A DNA stretch of 64,000 nt from a virus. Of the stretch, positions 17,873 to 27,083 are shown piece by piece. Within the stretch, counting starts at the first letter, position 1, and each line of letters opens with the position of its first letter. The notes beneath the pieces are model-generated. The model was not told the DNA's origin. It did not search any database and was given only the letters and a program-made list of their open reading frames with translations. The translations under genes and the position numbers were made by a program. The stretch covers positions 127,127 through 191,126 of IMG/VR virus record IMGVR_UViG_3300033144_005525. One strand, given 5' to 3'.

Positions 17873-19942
17873 TCACACTAGCTGAACTTGACGGCGGGGC
17901 GGTTTTACTTCAGGCAGTGGGCTCTGCATAGGACTCAAATTGTCCGACTGCGATCCCTGTCCTGACTGCAAGATCCGAAGCACCAGCATGTAAAGCTGCG
18001 GATTCTGTGCCCTCATCTGCATCAACGCCATCTGCTGTTGCGAATCTTCATACTGGGAGATCGCAGAGGCAGCCCTTTGGGCAAGGTACAGAATATTCAT
18101 CTGCCCACCAGCTTGCTGCTGATTGAGCGGAGACTGGACCTCGACCGGTAGTCCCTTAGCAGGTGGAGTCGTTGAGTTCTCTGGATACGCAGTGGCGTCT
18201 GCCGGCATACCCGGAGCCGCCTGCTGCCCTACCATGGGCTGCTGATCTGTCATGCCGGCGGCTGGCGGCCCTCCCGCCGGGGGACCTCCGCCGGACGGTG
18301 GAGTAGGGACAGACTCCGGGTTGTCTGCGGTGGCACCGCCCGCTCCAGCCCCCATCCCTTGAGGATTCGGCATTGTTGGAGTCATGCCGCTCCGACCCAT
18401 GATAGCCATCGCCTGGGCCTGGTAGCGGGCCTGGACTATCTGCAGGTCTCCCTGCAGTGCTGCACTAGCAAGCTGCTGCTTGCGCTGGTTCTCAAGCTGC
18501 TGGGTGAGCTCGGCCTTCTTGTGCTTCTCCTCCTGGACGATATCCACTTCGACTTCATCGAGCAGAGTCGTATCAGAGATCTTCATGGCCTGATTCATCT
18601 GGAAGATCAGGGCAGTACGCTGGAGGTCATCTGCCATCCGGAACCGACGGAAGTGGACCTTGGGAGCAGACCAACCCATGTAGTTGGCGACACGACCGAG
18701 GATGAAGTCTCGACAGAGGATGAGTTGGTTGGTGCGGTAGCCGAGGAACTGATTCTCGAGCATCCGCATGGAGACGTTGGAACCGCTGTACTGCAGACCA
18801 CCGAACACGAATTCGATCGGAACGTGCATGCCGGCCACGATCTGCTCAGACCAAGCCCTCATCTCCTGGTGGAGCATCAAGGCTTTGCCCTCTCCACCGA
18901 TGGTCTCGTTCCCCACAGGGAGTGGGAGGATCGGGATGTAGTTCTGGTCCAGCTTCCACTTCTCGATCTCTGCCTCAATACGTCGACGCCACATACTGAG
19001 ATCAGCTGTGGAGTACGGGTCCGAGCTCGAGCTCCCAGCCTGTGGGAACAGGATGCGGAGAGGAACGATGTACTGCTGAGCGATGGCCTCCTGTGCCTTG
19101 CGTAGAACCTGAAGGTAGTAGGTGTCTTTGAGGACCGGGAGGATGAGTGGGATGCCCCAACCTTGGTCCTTCTGGGCAATGGTTGGACGCTTCAGATGGA
19201 ACACCTCGTTGTCCCTGAAGCGGAGGGACTTGGAGCCCTTCAAGGCCTCAACGAACTCATTGGGTATCGCCTCAATGACGTGGCGCTTACCCATCATGAT
19301 GTCGTTCTTCAACCCAACAGGTACATCGAAGAAGAACTCCGACTTACCTGTAACCTCATTGTGCTCAACCGTGATGTGCTCTGGGTTCCAACGGATGAGT
19401 TTGATACCTCGCAGATCCTTGATGTTGTGGTCGTACACCATGGCTTCTGTAGTGGTGATGCACTTGGGACAAGCCAGGTAGTACTTGAAGTTGCGGAACT
19501 TGTAGGCTGCGTTCTTCGCCTTCTGTTGTTCGTGGCAGTTGCGGCAGATCAGGTACTTCTCAAACGGGAAGTGAATCGTGATGAACGCATTGCCATAGCA
19601 GAAGTAGTCGAGACCGGTCTCAATCTGAAATGTCCGCAGTTTGAGAACGTTCTCGATGACATTCTCCCACTTTCCTCGTAGCTCTGGGTCTTCTTCATCT
19701 ACGACCAGAGGTGTAATCGGGTACTCCGCCATCTTGTACGTGACGGCATTGATGAGTGGGTTGACCAGGAAGTAGTACCGACACCACCTGAACATCTGCT
19801 TGACCGAAGTCGGCAGATAGGTGTGTCCGATATCGAAGAAGGGGGAAGGGTACCGCTGAGTACCGCTGTTCCCTTGGTTGTGGGTGGTATCGAAGCGAGC
19901 GGTGCTTCCAATGAACCCTGATCCCGGAGTGCCGGTTGACAT
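17873..19942 (-). CDS. Putative portal protein with Zn-ribbon insertion and Q/P/M-rich C-terminal tail
   Basis: Portal-like pattern NPLINAV...DYFCYGNAF...EVFHLKR...WGIPLILPVL. Insertion CRNC...CPKC. Located among putative head genes. Confidence 0.7.
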   Translation of the reverse strand: MSTGTPGSGFIGSTARFDTTHNQGNSGTQRYPSPFFDIGHTYLPTSVKQMFRWCRYYFLVNPLINAVTYKMAEYPITPLVVDEEDPELRGKWENVIENVLKLRTFQIETGLDYFCYGNAFITIHFPFEKYLICRNCHEQQKAKNAAYKFRNFKYYLACPKCITTTEAMVYDHNIKDLRGIKLIRWNPEHITVEHNEVTGKSEFFFDVPVGLKNDIMMGKRHVIEAIPNEFVEALKGSKSLRFRDNEVFHLKRPTIAQKDQGWGIPLILPVLKDTYYLQVLRKAQEAIAQQYIVPLRILFPQAGSSSSDPYSTADLSMWRRRIEAEIEKWKLDQNYIPILPLPVGNETIGGEGKALMLHQEMRAWSEQIVAGMHVPIEFVFGGLQYSGSNVSMRMLENQFLGYRTNQLILCRDFILGRVANYMGWSAPKVHFRRFRMADDLQRTALIFQMNQAMKISDTTLLDEVEVDIVQEEKHKKAELTQQLENQRKQQLASAALQGDLQIVQARYQAQAMAIMGRSGMTPTMPNPQGMGAGAGGATADNPESVPTPPSGGGPPAGGPPAAGMTDQQPMVGQQAAPGMPADATAYPENSTTPPAKGLPVEVQSPLNQQQAGGQMNILYLAQRAASAISQYEDSQQQMALMQMRAQNPQLYMLVLRILQSGQGSQSDNLSPMQSPLPEVKPPRRQVQLV

Positions 19943-19945
19943 TGG

Positions 19946-20533
19946 TTACCTACCCTGCTGAAGCGTTTGCATTGCAGCAGCTCTTTGTAGCAGAGCATCA
20001 CGCCGTGCTGGATCTTGGATTGGAGGCTGCGCAGCAGCTTGACGAGATCTCTGCCATGGCAACGTAGACACCTTCTCTCCCAACAATCCGCCTGCGATAG
20101 CCCCACCGATACTGCGAATAGCTCTACTGCCGATGATGGGAAGACCTCTTCCAGGAGCACTCAGTAAAGCTCCTGCTCCGGCTAGTCCTCCTAGCATCAT
20201 GCCACCGTACCCAGAGACCCTCTCGGTTCTGGATCGTCCCATACCCATTGGATCTTGTTTAGCCAAGAGACCAGGAATGGCAGGCACACTAAGTCCCACC
20301 ATCAAGGACTTCCCACCGATAGGAAGATGCCTACGAATGGCGGTGGGTTTACCCTTTTTGTTTTTCAAGGCTCCGAACCAACCACCGCGAGCTCCTCCTT
20401 CTCCCATGTCATCCCAGCCCTTGGACACCCACTTACCTACCGTCTTACCTACCCTAGATATCACCCCGGGACCGGCCGCTATCTTTACCAACTCATCACC
20501 GAACGCAGAGTAGGTTTTGGAGTCCATGATCAC
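19946..20533 (-). CDS. Basic glycine-zipper membrane protein with F-x-x-E-L-x-K-I-A leader
   Basis: AFGDELVKIAA leader; GGMMLGGLAGAGALL and IGGAIAGGLLG segments. Start may be the ATG at 20527. Confidence 0.65.
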   Translation of the reverse strand: MIMDSKTYSAFGDELVKIAAGPGVISRVGKTVGKWVSKGWDDMGEGGARGGWFGALKNKKGKPTAIRRHLPIGGKSLMVGLSVPAIPGLLAKQDPMGMGRSRTERVSGYGGMMLGGLAGAGALLSAPGRGLPIIGSRAIRSIGGAIAGGLLGEKVSTLPWQRSRQAAAQPPIQDPARRDALLQRAAAMQTLQQGR

Positions 20534-21483
20534 GAGACAGTCATCCAGTCTTTGATCTCCGACAACTGACGATCCCTCTGCTTTTGTCGGAACCTCATGT
20601 AGTCGGTGGCGGATATGAGTTTAGCAGCCTCGATGTCCTCAGCTACTTCTTGAATACGAAGATCTGAGGGATCCACCTTGATGAGCTCCTCGAATCTAGT
20701 CTTTGTGGGAGCAGGATCAAGGACCATCGAATACTCCACACGCTCGGGATCGTCCTTTGAATCCTCTGCTGGTTTGAAGTTGAATGGGTGGTCTTCAAAC
20801 TTCCTGGAACACGAATCACAGTGACTATTGAAAGGAGGCAAAGCGCTACCTTCTTTCCCACACTCAAGGCACTTGTACCTGGGTTGGGATAGATAGAGCT
20901 GACAGAAGTCCAAGGGGTCGGGGGCGTAACTCACGTTGTCATGCAAGAAACAAGCGGCCGTGTACCTGGATACCTCTTCTCCGAACTCTTCCTTCCTCAC
21001 TGTGTTGGCGATGTCCACTCCCACCATCAGCATAGAGATATCTGGTGGCTGAATGACCCCAACACTGGGGATGATTCCGTTTAGAGCAAGGATAGTCTTC
21101 TCGAAGATCTCCCACTTCTCCCAAAACACGTCGATGACATGAAGGGTCATGGTGGCCATGATCTTCACACGATTGATATCGGCGATGCTGGTGCTGAAGG
21201 TTTCCCGGATCTCCTGAAACAGTGTCTCTGGGGTCCACTCCAACCACTCAAGTTGGAAAGCCTTCAACAGAGCCAGGTCCAACACAAAGGCATGTGCTTC
21301 AGGATGAGAGAACAGATTGTTCTTCGTGACCGATCTCAGAGCTTGCTGAGCGGTCTTCTCTTGCATGAGATCGGAGGAATCGGATTCGATCACTCCAACC
21401 TCTTTGGAGAGACCAACAGAGGAGCCGTCCAGTACTCCCCCTAATCCCTCAAAGAACATCTCATCTGGTCGCTTAGACGACAT
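20530..21483 (-). CDS. Hypothetical virion-associated protein with Zn ribbon
   Basis: 317 aa, CLECG...CDSC, EKTA near the N-terminus. Coupled to its neighbours. Confidence 0.6.
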   Translation of the reverse strand: MSSKRPDEMFFEGLGGVLDGSSVGLSKEVGVIESDSSDLMQEKTAQQALRSVTKNNLFSHPEAHAFVLDLALLKAFQLEWLEWTPETLFQEIRETFSTSIADINRVKIMATMTLHVIDVFWEKWEIFEKTILALNGIIPSVGVIQPPDISMLMVGVDIANTVRKEEFGEEVSRYTAACFLHDNVSYAPDPLDFCQLYLSQPRYKCLECGKEGSALPPFNSHCDSCSRKFEDHPFNFKPAEDSKDDPERVEYSMVLDPAPTKTRFEELIKVDPSDLRIQEVAEDIEAAKLISATDYMRFRQKQRDRQLSEIKDWMTVS

Positions 21484-21495
21484 CGGTCCTGGAGA

Positions 21496-22932
21496 CTACT
21501 CTTCGCCGTCCCCAGAGTGGTCTGAGCACATGACCATTCTCGCCAGCACCAACTTGTTGGGTGTCGGAAGAGCCATGAAGAAGGTCTTGGGGCTCTTGCT
21601 GAACTCATCGGCGAACTTGTCACCGAAGGCATCACTCACTGAAGGCCGACCATTCCTGGCCAAGGCCTCCAGACCTTTCTCGTCGATGCGAACACCCTGC
21701 TCATCCCACACCCACTCTTCAGCAGCCACCTTCTCATAGGAAGCTCCGAACGTAGACGCCCACGGGTCTGGTACTCGAGCATCCCACTCGTGGTGTAGGT
21801 TCGTCATCTGATCAAACTCACACAGAGCCTCGGCGAATGTGTCTGGAGAGACCATCGCCTGTTTCTCCATGAGTACATCCAGGGCCGGGTGGAACTCCTC
21901 ATGAACGAATCCACGACGGTAGCCCACGTAGGCCTGCACATCCCCACCGAAGCCTTCTGAGGCGTACTTCTCGATGGCCCCGGTCACAGGGATGGAGAGC
22001 TCCGTCATCCTGGAGGCCAGCTTGATGCAGTACTCTCGTCGATCCCGGGGATGGAACCGGCGGATATACTCCCCAAAGTAGACCTCTGCCATCTTGACCT
22101 GGTCGTAGGAGTCGACCGGGAACTTACCCCTCAGGAGGGTGCGGGATGGAACGGACGCTTCCTTGATGATGTCTGCTCCAGGCTCCCAGTCCTGCACGTC
22201 CACGTAGGGAGACGTGCGCCAGTTCTGTTGCCTTGTCTCGACATTTGAGGAGTTCAGTAGTGCCAAGGTGGCTGGATCGGCGGCGGCCATCTTCTCTCGA
22301 TCGATGCCGCTGCCTTCTGCATTGCTGAAGCGCTCCTTCACCGTGAAGGGGGGAGCTTCCAAGAAGTTGGAGCCCATCACACCTTTGTGATTGGTCCTCT
22401 TCTTGACATCCGGATCTGTACCGTCTCCTTGACCGAGCTGAGGCTCCATCGTGGATTCCTTGGAAGGCTCTGGAACAGGGAACTCCCCACTCCGCTCGAG
22501 CTGAATGTTCAACACCTTACGAAGGTAGGGTTGCTGAGCCTCCCCTGACACCCCACTCACCCCAGTCTTTGCGGCCAGCTTGAGCTGATGGGGTACATCC
22601 AGGTTGAACCGATTGCAGGCTTCAACCAGATTCGATGCAGCCACCTTCACTGCCTTCTCGGGAAGGAAGTGGGCTTGCTTCAACAAGTACAGGACAGACA
22701 GAGCCGTGTTACCGGCATCCACTGTGGCGTACTTCTTGAACTTCTGACCTTCCTTGAGGAGTACCAGAGCGTAGTTGTCGTCTGGCAGTGTTGCCGATTC
22801 CTCTGGAGTAATCCGTTGGGCTTCTTTTACGAAGTCCGGGATCTCTGAACTGTCGGGAATGATGGTCCGAAGGGTCTCCCCGGACATGTCATCGTACGAA
22901 TCAAACACGACTCCTGCTAGCTGGCTCATCAA
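21496..22932 (-). CDS. Putative head/scaffold protein rich in K-x-A motifs
   Basis: 478 aa, AGGAGAGG RBS, about 13 K-x-A sites. First gene of the operon that includes the portal. Confidence 0.55.
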   Translation of the reverse strand: MMSQLAGVVFDSYDDMSGETLRTIIPDSSEIPDFVKEAQRITPEESATLPDDNYALVLLKEGQKFKKYATVDAGNTALSVLYLLKQAHFLPEKAVKVAASNLVEACNRFNLDVPHQLKLAAKTGVSGVSGEAQQPYLRKVLNIQLERSGEFPVPEPSKESTMEPQLGQGDGTDPDVKKRTNHKGVMGSNFLEAPPFTVKERFSNAEGSGIDREKMAAADPATLALLNSSNVETRQQNWRTSPYVDVQDWEPGADIIKEASVPSRTLLRGKFPVDSYDQVKMAEVYFGEYIRRFHPRDRREYCIKLASRMTELSIPVTGAIEKYASEGFGGDVQAYVGYRRGFVHEEFHPALDVLMEKQAMVSPDTFAEALCEFDQMTNLHHEWDARVPDPWASTFGASYEKVAAEEWVWDEQGVRIDEKGLEALARNGRPSVSDAFGDKFADEFSKSPKTFFMALPTPNKLVLARMVMCSDHSGDGEE

Positions 22933-23068
22933 GTACCTCTCCTAAGTAGAAGCTACCGCCCATCCTACGAAGAAGACAGGGTCGGTGCCAAGAGAAACGT
23001 CCGACAAGCCTTGAGATTCCAGGGGATAAGGATTGTGGATAGACATTTGCCTGAAAGGAGATGAGGCC

Positions 23069-23551
23069 TTGTACAACGGATCAAAACCTCCAGCAGCTCC
23101 GCACTGTTGGAGCAGATCTTTCGAGGAACCAGACCAAGAGTGCGATCGATGCGACTACAGACTGTCTTGCCAGGACATGTTTCTTAGGAGTCATGGGATG
23201 CAACCACAGATGAATAGCTACCCACAGCCGCCCCCTGTATCCCCGAACTACTGGGCGTCCCAACACCGAACACCTTCAGCCCCGCAGATACCTCCCCCTC
23301 TACCGATGACTCCATATCAACCGCAGCAACAACAAATGACCATGGCTGCTGCACCTGCCCCCACTACTCCGATGAATCTACCAGTCGGAGGAAATACGGC
23401 CTACTACAATCAGTACTACGCACCATATGCCGAAGAGGGAACCGCCCAAAGACTCGGCAAACACGTGGTTCTTAGGTTACTGGAAGTAGCCTTCGCAGAG
23501 CTGTCCAAATTCTTCCAGCTCTGGAGGTGGCCGCCATCGCATGGTAATTAG
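23069..23551 (+). CDS. Hypothetical protein: N-terminal 4-Cys motif, P/Q-rich linker, C-terminal amphipathic helix
   Basis: AAGGAG RBS then TTG at 23069. CW...ECDRCDYRLSC followed by a PQ-rich middle. Confidence 0.65.
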   Translation: MYNGSKPPAAPHCWSRSFEEPDQECDRCDYRLSCQDMFLRSHGMQPQMNSYPQPPPVSPNYWASQHRTPSAPQIPPPLPMTPYQPQQQQMTMAAAPAPTTPMNLPVGGNTAYYNQYYAPYAEEGTAQRLGKHVVLRLLEVAFAELSKFFQLWRWPPSHGN

Positions 23552-23592
23552 GTAGTGTCCGGGCTGGACACAGACAATTTAGGGAGGTCTTC

Positions 23593-25005
23593 ATGGACAC
23601 GGTCGACGTTCGCCTAGTCATACACGAGCCGGGTAAGGCTTACGTCTCCGACATGTTGTGGCTACCAAAGGACAGGGTGCGTGCGGCCGCTGTCCAGGAA
23701 GCCCTCCAATTCTGGGACACCAAGAAGGACGACTCTGGAAGGATGATGCCCTTCTTAGTCAAGCTATGGGATGAGACACCCAACCACACCATCGTTCCCA
23801 GGGAATTCATCACCCCCGACCAGTACCAGAACTACCAATTCCCCTTCATCGATCTAGCTCCTCGCCAGTTCACACGAACCCATGTAGGAGAGAACATCAG
23901 TTGGAGGAACGAAGACCAAGAGAAGGCGTGGAGAGCTCTCCAGAAATCAGATGGAGGGATCCTCAACCTAGCTTGCGGTAAAGGAAAGACTGTCCTTGCT
24001 CTCAAGAAGATAGCCGAGATGCAAGTACCCGCTCTGATCGTGGTCAACGACGGCGTTCAGTTTGAGCACTGGAAGGGAGAGATCGAGCAGCACTTGATCC
24101 TCCCTCCCGGTGAGTCCGTTGGTGAGTTCCAGGGGAAAACGAATGACTGGAAACACCCGATCACGATAGCCACCATCCAAACCTTAGCTACTAAGGTGAA
24201 GAAGGGCAGTCTACCTGTAGGATTCAGTTCCTGGTTCGGGGCATCGTGGTTCGACGAAGTACACCACTTAGCTGCCCCTTTCTTCGTACTGGCTGCCCCT
24301 CTTGTTCAGGGAAACAGGTTTGGGCTCACAGCGACAGCCAGTCGTCTAGATGAGTTGCAGTGGATCTACAACTACCACATCGGTGGGGTGTTCTACACGG
24401 ACCTGAGACAAGACCTGATTCCTTCTGTGTACTTCCAAGAGACAGACGTCGTCGTGGATGAAAACACGGACGATGTCAGGGATAAGCGCGGTGAGCTGAA
24501 CATTTCGAAGCTCAGATCGTTTCTCGGTAGGAACGAGCGGAGTCTCGAGGTCAGGGAATATTGCATCCGAGAAGCGCTGGACACAGGAAGGAAGATCCTG
24601 TGCATTAGCCACTCGAAGGACATGCTCTACGAACTGAGTGAGAGGTTTCAAGACTCAGCTTTATGTATTGCGGAGACCCCGCAGCAAGATCGAATCCCTC
24701 TAGTGAGGGCTAGCCGCATCGCTTTTGCTATTGCCAAGTTGGGCATCGAATGTTTGAACGATTCAGCTCTCGACGCTTTGTTTATCTTGACAGAGCTCAG
24801 CTCCCCTAATGATCTGCAGCAAATGCTTGGGCGGATTCAACGAACTCATCCGAACAAGAAGCCTCCGGTGGCTGTCATCTTCGACGACAAAGGGATACAG
24901 AGGCTGCACGGACTGCTCTACAAGGCAAAGAAGTACTTGAAGCGAGAGGGTATACCGTTCAAGACGCTGCCACTGCCTACAGCTCTCATCAAACAACACA
25001 CATAG
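23593..25005 (+). CDS. Superfamily 2 DNA helicase (DExH type)
   Basis: LACGKGKT, DEVHH, GLTAT, QMLGRIQR. GGAGG RBS. Confidence 0.88.
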   Translation: MDTVDVRLVIHEPGKAYVSDMLWLPKDRVRAAAVQEALQFWDTKKDDSGRMMPFLVKLWDETPNHTIVPREFITPDQYQNYQFPFIDLAPRQFTRTHVGENISWRNEDQEKAWRALQKSDGGILNLACGKGKTVLALKKIAEMQVPALIVVNDGVQFEHWKGEIEQHLILPPGESVGEFQGKTNDWKHPITIATIQTLATKVKKGSLPVGFSSWFGASWFDEVHHLAAPFFVLAAPLVQGNRFGLTATASRLDELQWIYNYHIGGVFYTDLRQDLIPSVYFQETDVVVDENTDDVRDKRGELNISKLRSFLGRNERSLEVREYCIREALDTGRKILCISHSKDMLYELSERFQDSALCIAETPQQDRIPLVRASRIAFAIAKLGIECLNDSALDALFILTELSSPNDLQQMLGRIQRTHPNKKPPVAVIFDDKGIQRLHGLLYKAKKYLKREGIPFKTLPLPTALIKQHT

Positions 25006-25013
25006 GGGGGAGG

Positions 25014-25736
25014 ATGGAAAAGGCCAGTTACCTGACCTCGATGCAGCAGTCTTGGAATACATGCCAAGGCTGTTTGCTCTGCAACGAGAGACAGTCAGTA
25101 GTTTTTGGTTACGGGAATCCGTATTCTCAAATCCTCATCGTAGGTGAGGCTCCCGGAGAACAGGAAGATCTGCAGGGCCTCCCATTCGTGGGAGCTGCTG
25201 GGCAGCTTCTTGATCAGTATCTTGCTACGGCTTCCATCGATCCTCGCTTGATGGAGCTAACAGCCGACGACAAGTTCCCACCAAAAGAACTGCGAGAAAT
25301 ACTCAAGGACACGACGTTCTACACCAACGTTGTATCTTGCAGGCCTCCAGAGAACAGAGACCCAACCATTAAAGAGGTGGTTGCCTGCAGAGCTCGGCTG
25401 ATCGAGCTCATCTACACAGTCGATCCAGTGTTGGTGATAGGCGTGGGTCGGATAGCTTCAGAAGCGCTCCTTAGGAGAAAGATCAGCATCACCCAAGTAC
25501 GAGGGGAATTGTTCGATATAACCATTCCCGGAAGGTTGATCGATGTCTCTTATCCTATGCTTGCCGTCCTCCATACCTCCTATCTGCTGAGGGTCAACGA
25601 CTTCAAGCAGAAGGGTGGGATGAGCGACAAGACGTTCTACGACTTACTACTGGCAGGTCATTTGGTGGACTGGTTCAACTGGCTCCACTACAAACAACCC
25701 CTATCGAAAGATCGAATCGAAAGGAAAATGCGATGA
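25014..25736 (+). CDS. Uracil-DNA glycosylase family 4 (Fe-S type)
   Basis: CQGCLLC, VFGYGNP, IVGEAPG..ED..G.PFVG.AG.LL, NVVSCRPPENRDP, H.SYLLR. Confidence 0.9.
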   Translation: MEKASYLTSMQQSWNTCQGCLLCNERQSVVFGYGNPYSQILIVGEAPGEQEDLQGLPFVGAAGQLLDQYLATASIDPRLMELTADDKFPPKELREILKDTTFYTNVVSCRPPENRDPTIKEVVACRARLIELIYTVDPVLVIGVGRIASEALLRRKISITQVRGELFDITIPGRLIDVSYPMLAVLHTSYLLRVNDFKQKGGMSDKTFYDLLLAGHLVDWFNWLHYKQPLSKDRIERKMR

Positions 25737-26254
25737 AGAAGGATAGCGTCAATTCCAACGATGAGTTCCTCTCCGACGACACCAAGAAGTTGGTGGCTTT
25801 GTTCGAGCAGAAGGAAGCCATATTCCAAGCGAAGCTCAACTACTTTTTCGATGCTTACGGAGACGACCTCACAGCTCTGGACAACTCTCGGGAGGAGATG
25901 AACGCAGCACTCGACGATGCCCGCAGAGAACTCCGTGCCGATGCAGAGCGTGCTCCCTACACCAAGGTGAAGACGATCAAGTTCGGGGGCTTCTCCATCG
26001 CGAAGAAGTGGTCCAGCTGGTTCATCGTGGACATGTTCGTGTCTCTGGTCAGGAACTGTGGGATGTACGACTCCGCGGTGGCTGAAGGAGTCATCCAGGA
26101 GAAGACAGAGGTCAATGGCAAACTGGCAGAGGAGTGGTTGCGGAAGAACAGCCTCACTCAGCAGTTCCGACAGGCCGAAGACGGTAAAGAGCTCACTCCG
26201 GCGATCTCCGGCCCCAAAGCCATCGCTCCGTTCGGTTCTCCCAAGAAGAAATGA
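25733..26254 (+). CDS. Hypothetical protein (coiled-coil N-terminus)
   Basis: ATGA overlaps with both neighbours. Confidence 0.75.
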   Translation: MKKDSVNSNDEFLSDDTKKLVALFEQKEAIFQAKLNYFFDAYGDDLTALDNSREEMNAALDDARRELRADAERAPYTKVKTIKFGGFSIAKKWSSWFIVDMFVSLVRNCGMYDSAVAEGVIQEKTEVNGKLAEEWLRKNSLTQQFRQAEDGKELTPAISGPKAIAPFGSPKKK

Positions 26255-26616
26255 ACCACATCAACGCAACACCAACTCGTCTGGTGATGCGCTACAACAT
26301 CACCATCAACAAGCAACCCCGACCAGACCTGGGAGAGGTCTATGAAGGAGAGGTTCCCATGTCAGATCAGGAAGCAGCAGGCCTAAAGGGCCTTCTCGGA
26401 GACATGAACAGCAAAGTCACAGTCAGCCGAGAGCTGGGCAAAATGGATTACGGTAATGGGGGCAAGGTCTTCGTTTCCGTTACTCTCACCTGTGATCAAT
26501 CAGAAGAGGGTGCTGCGTCTGCGGCCAGTTGGGCAAACCATCTGGCGGACAAGTACGTCACTGAGTACTACCAGGTGATGGAGACCAAGCTGGCTCAACT
26601 CGGCCTCGTTCAATGA
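26251..26616 (+). CDS. Hypothetical protein
   Basis: ATGA-coupled in the operon. Confidence 0.7.
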   Translation: MNHINATPTRLVMRYNITINKQPRPDLGEVYEGEVPMSDQEAAGLKGLLGDMNSKVTVSRELGKMDYGNGGKVFVSVTLTCDQSEEGAASAASWANHLADKYVTEYYQVMETKLAQLGLVQ

Positions 26617-26984
26617 AGCTAGTACGGGAACCCAGCAAGATTGTCGGCGTTCGGGTCGGTGAGTTCTCCGTGAACATGATTACGGGGGGAGGGTTGAAGG
26701 CCAAATACGTTTTACTTCGGGACCCTGAAGGAGATCACGAAGGGATTAACGCCGGGTCGTACACCAAGGAGGCTGATTTCTCCGAAGACACCATGGAGGC
26801 TCTACAGAGACTGATCGTCTGCATGGAGAACGACGTGGTGCCCGAACTCTTCGAAGTGAAACGAAAACTGCCGGAGGATCTCAAACCCTCGCCAAGTGCT
26901 GAAGAAAAAGATGATGAAGATCGCCTTGATTTTCCTCAGATACCGACGCTCGGGGTCGATGGCAAGTCAACTCCGCAGATCTAA
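26613..26984 (+). CDS. Hypothetical protein
   Basis: ATGA-coupled, acidic C-terminus. Confidence 0.7.
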   Translation: MKLVREPSKIVGVRVGEFSVNMITGGGLKAKYVLLRDPEGDHEGINAGSYTKEADFSEDTMEALQRLIVCMENDVVPELFEVKRKLPEDLKPSPSAEEKDDEDRLDFPQIPTLGVDGKSTPQI

Positions 26985-27083
26985 CCCCTTGAACAAATCG
27001 GCCTGACCCTGTAACGAATTAAGTCGGGCTGTATCTCGTGTTCCAGCGAGCGTTTGGGGAAATTTAGGAGGTCGCATTAGAGG

